DNA of 64,000 nucleotides from a virus (Duplodnaviria; Caudoviricetes), in the IMG/VR virus record IMGVR_UViG_3300032236_001024, positions 138,142 to 202,141 of that record; one strand, written 5' to 3'. Positions within the stretch are counted from its first letter, which is position 1, and every line of letters starts with the position of its first letter. Positions 17,784 to 25,708 of the stretch are shown piece by piece. The notes beneath the pieces are model-generated. The model saw nothing but the letters and a program-made list of their open reading frames with translations. It had not been told where the DNA came from and searched no databases. Both the position numbers and the translations under genes were made by a program.

Positions 17784-17901
17784 ACAGACTGACCCCTACT
17801 TTCATTTTTTTATAGTGGATTTCATCGAAACATAACCACTTTGATTGCCTGTGGGGCAATTACCTAGCTTTTTTGATAGGTTTATGCTGAATAGTCAATC
17901 T
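17784..17901 (-). ncRNA. Y-RNA-like unit 3
   Basis: AGATTGAC-TATTCAGCA...GTCAGTCT-GT closing stem with internal hairpins (ATTGCC/GGCAAT, AGTGG/CCACT). Confidence 0.6.
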
Positions 17902-17919
17902 AAATTCTATTAACGTATA

Positions 17920-18153
17920 TTAAAGCATTCTCGACACAGTGTCAACATCAAAAATGCCTTCAACGAAATTTTCTGCACAATCTTCTGCATAACTTATGCT
18001 ATGCCTACTAACATCACGAACTTCTACCAAAACATCGTTAACATACAATCTAACATGATAACCATTATCTGCTTTGATTATATCAGCACGACGCTTTTCA
18101 TTATTCAAACTACCTGAACTATAAAAGCTAGACAAAACCATGAGTGACTCCAT
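17920..18153 (-). CDS. small hypothetical phage protein
   Basis: 77-aa ORF, C-terminal YAEDCAENFVEG. Confidence 0.6.
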   Translation of the reverse strand: MESLMVLSSFYSSGSLNNEKRRADIIKADNGYHVRLYVNDVLVEVRDVSRHSISYAEDCAENFVEGIFDVDTVSRML

Positions 18154-18161
18154 GTCGTAAT

Positions 18162-18245
18162 TGGCGGAGGGTAAAGGAATCGAACCATCAACCTTGCGGT
18201 GGCAGAGTTTTCAAGACTCTTTGAGCACCTTGCTCGCTACCCTCC
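18162..18245 (-). tRNA. tRNA-Ser(UGA)
   Basis: AGAGT-CT-TGA-AA-ACTCT, long variable arm, G73, CCA. Confidence 0.92.
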
Positions 18246-19412
18246 AATTATTAATTCAGTGATCATTTCAGCTGTTGCAGGACTTAGCGTCCAACCCAAA
18301 TGACCATGACCTGTATTATACCATACATTATCTATTGTCCTACACTTTCTAACCACAGGAAGCATGTTTGGAGTCATAGGACGCAAACCAGCCCAAGGAT
18401 TAGTGTGTTCTGTAGATATATATGGAAAATTCTTACGCACCCATTTTACTAGTGGATCGATTCTGTCCATTCGAATATCATAGTTAATACCAGCAAGTTC
18501 TGCCGTACCAGCTACTCGAAGTCTAGAACCCAACCTAGATGTTACAATCTTTGCTTCATCATCAAGAAGACTTACCACAGGGGCGTCTTCAATGCCATGA
18601 CCAACATCAAGAGTAATACTATACCCCTTCACAGGGTAAATGTCAATAGGGTCATGCAACTTTTTTGAGAATTCTGCACTATTTACACCAGCACAAAGAA
18701 CAACATGATCATACAAAGAACGTGATTCTTCAGGATCAGCCTTCATACCATACTCAAACTTTACATTGTATTTTGATTTGAGAACTTTTTCCATTTCAAC
18801 ACAGAACTTGTGAATATCGCCATTCATATCAGATGGTGTGAAGGTTCCGCCGATAATGTCCTTAGAATACTGGAGCGAAGGCTCATAGTGCATCACCTGA
18901 TTTTTGGTCAGTATGAAACGTTTGATACCAATTTTTTCATAGACCTCATCACAGCTACGTTTTGCAGCTTCAAAGTACTCTTCGTTTTTATAAAAATGAA
19001 GGATACCTTGCTTAGTTAGATTGAAGTTGATCTTTTCCTTTTCTGCAATCTCAAGATAATGTTTTCTTGATTCAAGTCCCATTTGTGCGGTAGCAATCGT
19101 TCTCTCATTCGCATCACCAGTGAGGCTATGATAAAGAAATTTGCTGATCCACTTGTATTTTGAAATCGATGGAGTTGGATTAATCAACAAAGGCGCATCC
19201 TTCTTGATCATCCATTTCATTCCCTTGATGACATTGGGAACTGTAGTCCATACATCACTGTTGCTAACTGAAAGCTGACCACCATTTGCATATGAGGTTT
19301 TCATAGCTGGGTAGTTCTCTTCGTCAATTACAGTAACATCAACTCCACGCCTAGCTAAACTATATGCAGTTGTTATTCCTGTAATACCAGCACCAATAAC
19401 AAGAATTTTCAT
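18237..19412 (-). CDS. dadA: D-amino acid dehydrogenase-like FAD oxidoreductase
   Basis: VIGAGITG, TSYANGGQLS, YPVKGYSIT, LRVAGTAE, WAGLRPMTP, NTGHGHLGWT. Confidence 0.85.
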   Translation of the reverse strand: MKILVIGAGITGITTAYSLARRGVDVTVIDEENYPAMKTSYANGGQLSVSNSDVWTTVPNVIKGMKWMIKKDAPLLINPTPSISKYKWISKFLYHSLTGDANERTIATAQMGLESRKHYLEIAEKEKINFNLTKQGILHFYKNEEYFEAAKRSCDEVYEKIGIKRFILTKNQVMHYEPSLQYSKDIIGGTFTPSDMNGDIHKFCVEMEKVLKSKYNVKFEYGMKADPEESRSLYDHVVLCAGVNSAEFSKKLHDPIDIYPVKGYSITLDVGHGIEDAPVVSLLDDEAKIVTSRLGSRLRVAGTAELAGINYDIRMDRIDPLVKWVRKNFPYISTEHTNPWAGLRPMTPNMLPVVRKCRTIDNVWYNTGHGHLGWTLSPATAEMITELIIGG

Positions 19413-19430
19413 TTTACCCTCATATTAAAA

Positions 19431-19504
19431 TGGCACCAGTGGAAGGAGTCGAACCCTCGCCTGCGGTTTTGGAGACCGCCGTGCTACCGTAACACTTCAC
19501 TGAT
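19431..19504 (-). tRNA. tRNA-Trp(CCA)
   Basis: GCGGT-CT-CCA-AA-ACCGC, G73, CCA. Confidence 0.95.
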
Positions 19505-19505
19505 A

Positions 19506-19955
19506 TCAAAATCTCTTAAGAACTACACCAACTTCTATAGCTCCAACAGCTTTAGAATTATAGAATGGATCAGGCATCAATCGAACTCTAGCAAAAACAT
19601 TATCACACTTGATTGATGACTGCAATCCTATCATTGGAGTAACATCATATTTATATCCAGTGACAACTCCATAATAAGCGCCAGCATGTAAATTCAAACA
19701 ACCAGATATATTTGCTTTGAAAGGACTCCAATCAACACCAAAATAAGTACTGTTTCTACGAATACTATTATGATAGTTTCCAACTTGTGCTCCAAATTCA
19801 TCCATATCAAGTCTAAGACCAATACCATAATTTTTTTCATTAAAATTATGATTATCTAGATGTTTGGAAAATCCATGTCCAACAACAGAAATCTCTTGTG
19901 CTTGAACAGAACTAATAGCAATAGAACTCAATAGAGCAATAATTAACTTTTTCAT
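19506..19955 (-). CDS. small outer-membrane beta-barrel (PagP-like)
   Basis: Signal peptide, SKH...NEKNYGIGL, GNYHNS, GVVTGY, C-terminal Phe. Confidence 0.6.
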   Translation of the reverse strand: MKKLIIALLSSIAISSVQAQEISVVGHGFSKHLDNHNFNEKNYGIGLRLDMDEFGAQVGNYHNSIRRNSTYFGVDWSPFKANISGCLNLHAGAYYGVVTGYKYDVTPMIGLQSSIKCDNVFARVRLMPDPFYNSKAVGAIEVGVVLKRF

Positions 19956-19974
19956 GATGATTCCTTTGAATGGT

Positions 19975-20064
19975 TGGCGGGGAGTATAGGATTTGAACCT
20001 ATGGTAGACTTTCGCCTACGCTTCGTTAGCAATGAAGTGCTTTAGACCACTCAGCCAACTCCCC
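19975..20064 (-). tRNA. tRNA-Ser(GCU)
   Basis: Loop TT-GCT-AA, long variable arm, G73, CCA. Confidence 0.93.
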
Positions 20065-20964
20065 CTTTCTTTTATACATTTCTGAAATGAAAACACTAAG
20101 ACACATATCGTCTAGACCATATTGACAATCAACATAATCAGATATTTTTGAATCTGGTGGAATCAATGAAGTAACAGGATCGCCTTCACGCCTACCAGTT
20201 TCAATAACTTTGAAATTGATACCAGTCACATTTTTCATCGTATTAATAACATCACGACAACTATATTCATTGCCTGATGCAACACATTCATACTCTGTAT
20301 TCTTTGGATTGTCAACTGCTTTAACAACTGAATCAACCAAATCTGATACATGAATATAATCTCTGATACATGTACCATCGACGGTATCATAATCAGTACC
20401 AAACAAATGCATGTATGGTCTAATCCCAACCGCAGTCTCTGCAGCAATTCTAATTATGTGGGTCGCTTTGCCAATTTGACTAAATGATCCATTATTGCCA
20501 GCAACATTGAAAAATCTAAAGATGGTGTAATTTGTGTTTTTTTCTTTTGCATGTTCTTTAATGATACTTTCTGCTAAGAGTTTGGATTGTGCATATGGTG
20601 ATGATGCAGGATCAAATGCAGCCGCAGTGGATGCAAAAATAAAATTATCTGTTGGAGCATGTTTAAGAATGTTCTTTGTTCCAATAATATTGGTATTTAC
20701 ATAATACCAAGGAACACTAACAGACTCACCTACAGCAAGTAGAGCAGCATAATGGATAACAACATCATAGTTACCCCAATACATATCATGTCTGATATCA
20801 CTAATCATATTCTTTCTTACAAATGGTGATATATCATTTGATGAAGGTTTAATGTCAAGTGAATCAACTACATATCCACATTCAGCTAATCTCTTAATCG
20901 TATGTGAACCAATATAGCCATATCCACCTGTCACTAAAACTTTTTTCATTACATCCTCAATCAA
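20026..20964 (-). CDS. galE: UDP-glucose 4-epimerase-like
   Basis: TGGYGYIGSH, AVGESV, YAQSK, FRFFNVAG, DGTCIRDYIHVSDL, RREGD. Confidence 0.85.
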   Translation of the reverse strand: MIEDVMKKVLVTGGYGYIGSHTIKRLAECGYVVDSLDIKPSSNDISPFVRKNMISDIRHDMYWGNYDVVIHYAALLAVGESVSVPWYYVNTNIIGTKNILKHAPTDNFIFASTAAAFDPASSPYAQSKLLAESIIKEHAKEKNTNYTIFRFFNVAGNNGSFSQIGKATHIIRIAAETAVGIRPYMHLFGTDYDTVDGTCIRDYIHVSDLVDSVVKAVDNPKNTEYECVASGNEYSCRDVINTMKNVTGINFKVIETGRREGDPVTSLIPPDSKISDYVDCQYGLDDMCLSVFISEMYKRKGELAEWSKALHC

Positions 20965-20968
20965 ATAG

Positions 20969-21043
20969 TGGAGCGGAGAATGGGGATCGAACCCACGACC
21001 AACAGTTTGGAAGACTGTGACTCTACCACTGAGTTACCTCCGC
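20969..21043 (-). tRNA. tRNA-Gly(UCC)
   Basis: ACAGT-CT-TCC-AA-ACTGT, U73, CCA. Confidence 0.95.
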
Positions 21044-21053
21044 AAATTATAAA

Positions 21054-21617
21054 TTACTTACCTCGTTCTTCTTCAACAGCACGAGCATTCAGATGTGCCA
21101 TAATATTTTCTGGTGAAGATACGCCATAAGGATCATCTTCTGCGTTATCAACGTAACCTGGCTCTTCAAACCAAGCTTCAATCAAACCATTGTTAACAAC
21201 CGCAGCATATCGCCAAGAACGACGTCCAAACCCAAGGTTGTACTTGTTCACAAGCATATCCATCGCCATAGTAAACTGACCATTACCGTCGGGGATAACC
21301 TTTACGTTCTTAATTTCCTGCTGCTTCGCCCATGCATTCATAACAAACGCATCGTTGACTGACAAACAATAAATCTCATCGATGCCATGAACTTCCTGAA
21401 ACTCGTTATACATCTGTTCGAAGCCAGGAAGCTGGAATGTAGAACAAGTAGGAGTGAAAGCACCAGGAAGCGAGAAAAGAATAACACGCTTCCCAGCAAA
21501 ATAATCAGCAGTCGTCATATCCTGCCAACGATAAGGGTTTGGTCCCCCAATCGAATCATCACGAACACGAGTCTTGAAAATAGTATCAGGAACTCGCTTA
21601 ACAATCATATCTTTCAT
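21054..21617 (-). CDS. peroxiredoxin (Prx5 type)
   Basis: LPGAFTPTCS, SVNDAFVM, DGNG, RSWRY. Confidence 0.92.
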   Translation of the reverse strand: MKDMIVKRVPDTIFKTRVRDDSIGGPNPYRWQDMTTADYFAGKRVILFSLPGAFTPTCSTFQLPGFEQMYNEFQEVHGIDEIYCLSVNDAFVMNAWAKQQEIKNVKVIPDGNGQFTMAMDMLVNKYNLGFGRRSWRYAAVVNNGLIEAWFEEPGYVDNAEDDPYGVSSPENIMAHLNARAVEEERGK

Positions 21618-21638
21618 AACAAAACTCCATATTATATA

Positions 21639-22940
21639 TTACTTATTGATACGGATAACGCCATCCTTATCAACCTTGTTTGCAAACTTCTTAGCAGCTT
21701 CGTCGCTAACACCTTTAAGCTTCAAAGCAGAAACAACACCATGACCTGTTTTACCTTGTGTAAGTCCAGCCTGTGCATGACGATCAAACGTATTATCATC
21801 TTCGTCACCACCCATAACAGGATAACGTTTACCAGACTTTACATCTTCAACATGAGTTGGCTTTGGTGTTCCCTTTGCTCTTTTATAAACCATTGCAACT
21901 ACACCACCTTTATGAAGTGCTGCTGCTGCTTGCTTATCATTTGATTCTGGATGATCAGAACCAGTATGTGAAAGAGCAAGATGATAATTCTTTGGAAGAT
22001 TTGGATGATCTACTCTATTATGCATCTTTGTATAATCATAGAATTGTGCTTCTGAATGGCGCTTAAATAATTCTGGTGCATGATGTTCCCATGCAAAATC
22101 AGAAGTAACATTTAAACGAACTCCAGGCTTATAACCTTCTTTTGTTGCAGACTTAACATGCTTACCAACTTCATCATCAAGGATTCTTGCTGCATGTTCT
22201 GGGTGCTTGGCAAGAAAATGTGTCTTAAATACTTTACTTGCAAGAGCAGAATCTGGATATTGTCTATTACCACCAGCTTCAGTTCCAAGACAATTTGCAC
22301 GACAATCATGAGAAGCTCTTGGACAAACATCAAATCCATGAAGACCACTTGTAGCATGTGGTGCAAGTGCAAATCCCATAGTATGAACACCTTCACCTGT
22401 AGATTTTCTTGTTTTACCATTTTCGTTAAGAAGCTTAGGTGCTTTCTTGTATCCACGAGATTTGGCAAAATCTTCAAAAACTTTTCTTGATTCTTTTAAT
22501 TTTGCTCTACTTTCAGCAGGAGTTTCACTTGCCATACCACCAAAAGTTTTACGAAATCCTTCATGTATTTTCTTATGAAGATTTTCACCAACACCAATAC
22601 CTTCTTCTCTTGCCTTATCGATAAGAGCTTTTGTCTTTGGCATATTCATAGCTTTATGTGCTACTGCAGGTGGTGCAGATGATGCAGATGATGCAGTTGT
22701 AGAAGCTGGTGCTGGAGTAGATGCGCCACTTTTACCAACTAACTTACCGGGTTTATCGCCACGATTAATATCAAAAAGAGTTGCTTCATCAAGATCAACT
22801 TCTTCTGAAAGATTTTTCTTTTTCCCATAAGGATCAGAAGGACCACTTACATGAAAAAGAAAATCATGTAAAACCTTTGGTACTCCCGGTAGATCACTCT
22901 CTGACATAGATTCTGTAAGAAATGCACTGAATGAAAGCAT
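21639..22940 (-). CDS. Gp88-like Cys-motif protein with capsid-targeting-like N-terminus
   Basis: MLSFSAFLTE start; CPRASHDCRANC, VRLNVTSD, QFYDYTK, NYHLALS. Confidence 0.6.
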   Translation of the reverse strand: MLSFSAFLTESMSESDLPGVPKVLHDFLFHVSGPSDPYGKKKNLSEEVDLDEATLFDINRGDKPGKLVGKSGASTPAPASTTASSASSAPPAVAHKAMNMPKTKALIDKAREEGIGVGENLHKKIHEGFRKTFGGMASETPAESRAKLKESRKVFEDFAKSRGYKKAPKLLNENGKTRKSTGEGVHTMGFALAPHATSGLHGFDVCPRASHDCRANCLGTEAGGNRQYPDSALASKVFKTHFLAKHPEHAARILDDEVGKHVKSATKEGYKPGVRLNVTSDFAWEHHAPELFKRHSEAQFYDYTKMHNRVDHPNLPKNYHLALSHTGSDHPESNDKQAAAALHKGGVVAMVYKRAKGTPKPTHVEDVKSGKRYPVMGGDEDDNTFDRHAQAGLTQGKTGHGVVSALKLKGVSDEAAKKFANKVDKDGVIRINK

Positions 22941-22972
22941 GTTTGAATTCCTCTAAAAATTGATTTATTCTA

Positions 22973-22980
22973 TATTTATA
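22973..22980 (-). promoter_or_regulatory. T4-type late promoter TATAAATA
   Basis: Exact match ~33 nt upstream of the 21639-22940 start. Confidence 0.7.
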
Positions 22981-23128
22981 TAACTTTCTTATTCAAGATT
23001 TTAGAAGGCTTGAACTTTTTACCTATAGAAGGAGCTTTTGGCTCCTTCTTTTCTTTCGGTTCTTGATTGAACTTTTTATTAAGCTGTTCAACAAACTGAT
23101 GAAAGGTTACGATCTTTGGCTGGTTCAT
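22976..23128 (-). CDS. 50-aa Lys-rich protein (not in the ORF track)
   Basis: GGAG RBS, MNQPKIVTFHQFVEQLNKKFNQEPKEKKEPKAPSIGKKFKPSKILNKKVI. Confidence 0.6.
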   Translation of the reverse strand: MNQPKIVTFHQFVEQLNKKFNQEPKEKKEPKAPSIGKKFKPSKILNKKVI

Positions 23129-23140
23129 TTCTTACTCCTA

Positions 23141-23647
23141 TTAAGCTGCAAGCAATTCTTTCATACGATCTGCCGCAATAGAAGCAGCAAACGCATTAGG
23201 TTTAACCATTGGAGTGACATTACACATACCACGAATATATCCAATAGCTTCGTTAAGAACACATGATGAACCATGCATTTCATCAGGATTGATATCCAGA
23301 TGAACTTCTACATAACGATCTTCAAGAACTTCTGCCAACTGTAAATACAGTTCTGCAACTTTATAAACCTCAGTCATCAGACGCATACGAGGACGATCTT
23401 TCCTCGTCATATCGTAATCTCGCTCACGATGAACTGAACCAAAAACCTTACATCCATTTTTACCGTTGATGTGAACAACAACTGCTAGAGTGTAATCTGC
23501 ATACCATATGCCCTTGACATTAAGTTTCTCAGAATCAGCACCAATATAAATCTTAGTGTCTTCTCCTTGTGTAGAAATAAATTCAATAACTTCGTCGATG
23601 TTCATATTCTGCATATTACACTCTCCTATGTTAAAGCTGGGACTCAC
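23141..23647 (-). CDS. RNase H-like YkuK family protein
   Basis: KIYIGADS, EVHLDINP; true start likely MQNMNID. Confidence 0.75.
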   Translation of the reverse strand: MSPSFNIGECNMQNMNIDEVIEFISTQGEDTKIYIGADSEKLNVKGIWYADYTLAVVVHINGKNGCKVFGSVHRERDYDMTRKDRPRMRLMTEVYKVAELYLQLAEVLEDRYVEVHLDINPDEMHGSSCVLNEAIGYIRGMCNVTPMVKPNAFAASIAADRMKELLAA

Positions 23648-23775
23648 GTAAATATAGAGGCAAGTAAGGAACTCGTACTATATATTTGTCCCGAATGTGT
23701 CTGGCATTGCGACTAGTAGTTATGGTAATTACGCACGACTTTATCTCATAACTCTAGTATCCAGATCAAACTCTA

Positions 23776-23994
23776 TTACTTAATAATGAAAGAATCTTTC
23801 ACTATATCAAGATGGTCGAAGTAATATCCAGCCGCCTTCAAGAAGGTTTCGACTTGACCAACGACAACATCAAGAGGCGCATCAGTACCATCAAACGTAA
23901 GAGTATTGAAAGTATTTAATGGATAACCTTCGATGTGCATATTCTCATGCTCTACGCTCAGAGTGTAAGTTACCTTGTAGTTTTTATCAGTCAT
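23776..23994 (-). CDS. small hypothetical phage protein
   Basis: 72-aa ORF ending FLKAAGYYFD. Confidence 0.6.
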   Translation of the reverse strand: MTDKNYKVTYTLSVEHENMHIEGYPLNTFNTLTFDGTDAPLDVVVGQVETFLKAAGYYFDHLDIVKDSFIIK

Positions 23995-24154
23995 GATGAA
24001 CCTCTTTCATTTCTTTGATCACTTCTTTCTTCTTCAACTTATCTCTAAAGTCTTGGACCGTACAACAGCGACAATATAAAAGCTTATATTTCTTACCACG
24101 TAGATTAAAGTTACCAGCGTGAAGATTGCTTTTTGCCATGTACTATCCTTAAAA

Positions 24155-24228
24155 TGGTGCCCCCACACAGAATCGAACTGCGAATTGCTCATTACAAGTG
24201 AGCTGTTATACCATTTAACTATAGGGGC
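24155..24228 (-). tRNA. tRNA-Thr(UGU)
   Basis: GCTCA-CT-TGT-AA-TGAGC, CCA. Confidence 0.95.
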
Positions 24229-24287
24229 AAAAACTGTTGTGGGCTAACCGTGGACCCACACGAGTCTATTTAGCGACCAACCTATAT

Positions 24288-24363
24288 TGGCTCCCCCGCT
24301 TGGACTCGAACCAAGGACCATTCGATTAACAGTCGAATGCTCTACCAACTGAGCTACAGGGAA
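24288..24363 (-). tRNA. tRNA-Asn(GUU)
   Basis: TTCGA-CT-GTT-AA-TCGAA, G73, CCA. Confidence 0.95.
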
Positions 24364-24369
24364 AAATAC

Positions 24370-24618
24370 TTAGTTACAAACTCGACGCTCGATGTAATCA
24401 CCACGATGTGTACGATCCCATGTAATATAACAATGAGGACGACGAGGCGGAACAACTACATAAGTAGGCTGTTCGACATAAACTGGACGAGGAGGAGGAG
24501 CAGTAAGTGCTGAACCTACAATCGCACCAGCAACACCAGCTGTAGCCAATTGCTGTTCTCTTGCCGTACAGCCAGCTAATGATACAGCAACTGCACCAAT
24601 AATCAAGAACTTTTTCAT
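24370..24618 (-). CDS. small lipoprotein
   Basis: MKKFLIIGAVAVSLAG-C lipobox, Gly-zipper-like AGVAGAIVG, Pro-rich tail. Confidence 0.7.
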   Translation of the reverse strand: MKKFLIIGAVAVSLAGCTAREQQLATAGVAGAIVGSALTAPPPRPVYVEQPTYVVVPPRRPHCYITWDRTHRGDYIERRVCN

Positions 24619-24806
24619 TACTTCTTATCCACTACTTCAAGATCAAGACCAGCTGCACGAAGCCAAGTGTTGAGATTATCCCTCACTTCTTCTACAGGGC
24701 GATTTTCCCAATTCATGCTAACAGAAACAATATCGTCATGTGTGTTAGCATCACGAAGAGTGTAGCTCACGTTGTAGTTGTCTTTTGTCTTACTTGCTTT
24801 TGCCAT
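24618..24806 (-). CDS. small hypothetical protein
   Basis: 62-aa ORF with GGAG RBS, coupled to the lipoprotein gene. Confidence 0.6.
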   Translation of the reverse strand: MAKASKTKDNYNVSYTLRDANTHDDIVSVSMNWENRPVEEVRDNLNTWLRAAGLDLEVVDKK

Positions 24807-24842
24807 TTTAAAACTCCATGTTATAAGGGCGAACCGTGTATT

Positions 24843-24850
24843 TATAAATA
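24843..24850 (+). promoter_or_regulatory. T4-type late promoter TATAAATA
   Basis: Exact match ~37 nt upstream of the ART pair. Confidence 0.7.
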
Positions 24851-24886
24851 CTACATCAAATCAATCTCAATGTCAATAGGGTTATA

Positions 24887-25708
24887 ATGAAAACTTTCAA
24901 ATTATTTGTCGAAGAAAAAAATAAAGAAATACCTTGTGTGATAATTCATCAGGGCGAACATTCTATTTCTAAAAGCGACATTAAAGAAGCATGGGGTGAG
25001 GGTAATGAGTGGGTTCATTCAGAGGCAGATCATAAAAAACATGATAAAGCCTTAGCAAAAATAAGTAATGATGCCAACTCACATATTGGCAAAACTTCAG
25101 GGATAGTTCAAAAAGAAATGGAACAAAGACATTCGTTTTCAAGAGTGTCATTAGATGAAATGAATGCTGTTAAAAAATACACAAATCATAGTAGAACTTT
25201 AAATGATACTCTTTATAATAGCCATGTAGATAAAAAACCTTTGGATGGCTATTATACTAATAAAATAAAAGATTTAGATTCTGCCGTAACACGTTATAAA
25301 CTACACACACCTTTAACTGTATTTTCTGGTGTAAAATTTCATCCAGAAAAAGAAGCTTCTAAAACTCCATCAAGACAAGTTCATCTTCCAGCATACACTT
25401 CTACATCATTAGATTTACCAGTTGCAAGACAATTTGCTTCAGCCCATACACCTAACCCAGATGATCATGAAAGCGACAGAACTGAACATCATGTATTAGC
25501 AATTCATCTTCCAAAAGGACATCATGGATTGTATATTGGAAAGATGTCAAAGCATCGTGGAGAAAAAGAATTCCTTTTACCAAGACATACAAGATTAAGA
25601 ATTAGTAGTAAACCACCAATTATAGCGACTCATCCAACATTAAAAGGTCACACAGTACATGTATGGGATGCTCATGTCGTAAGGAGAAATAAAGATGAAA
25701 ACTTTTAA
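24887..25708 (+). CDS. ADP-ribosyltransferase (VIP2/Alt-like) paralog 1
   Basis: YT..S..LN, LTVFSG, YTSTSL, IHLPKG, EKEFLLPR; N-term MKTFKLFVEE. Confidence 0.8.
   Translation: MKTFKLFVEEKNKEIPCVIIHQGEHSISKSDIKEAWGEGNEWVHSEADHKKHDKALAKISNDANSHIGKTSGIVQKEMEQRHSFSRVSLDEMNAVKKYTNHSRTLNDTLYNSHVDKKPLDGYYTNKIKDLDSAVTRYKLHTPLTVFSGVKFHPEKEASKTPSRQVHLPAYTSTSLDLPVARQFASAHTPNPDDHESDRTEHHVLAIHLPKGHHGLYIGKMSKHRGEKEFLLPRHTRLRISSKPPIIATHPTLKGHTVHVWDAHVVRRNKDENF

Noticed and set aside
21387-21944. 185-aa plus-strand ORF
   Set aside because: Antisense to peroxiredoxin and the Gp88-like gene; no recognisable motifs.
23027-23050. Hairpin AGAAGGAGC/GCTCCTTCT as a terminator
   Set aside because: It lies inside the 50-aa ORF with a good RBS; function ambiguous, so not called.
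24236-24281. HDV-like (theta), pistol or twister ribozyme assignment
   Set aside because: Helix order and catalytic-residue positions did not fit these folds by eye; kept only as an unassigned structured element.
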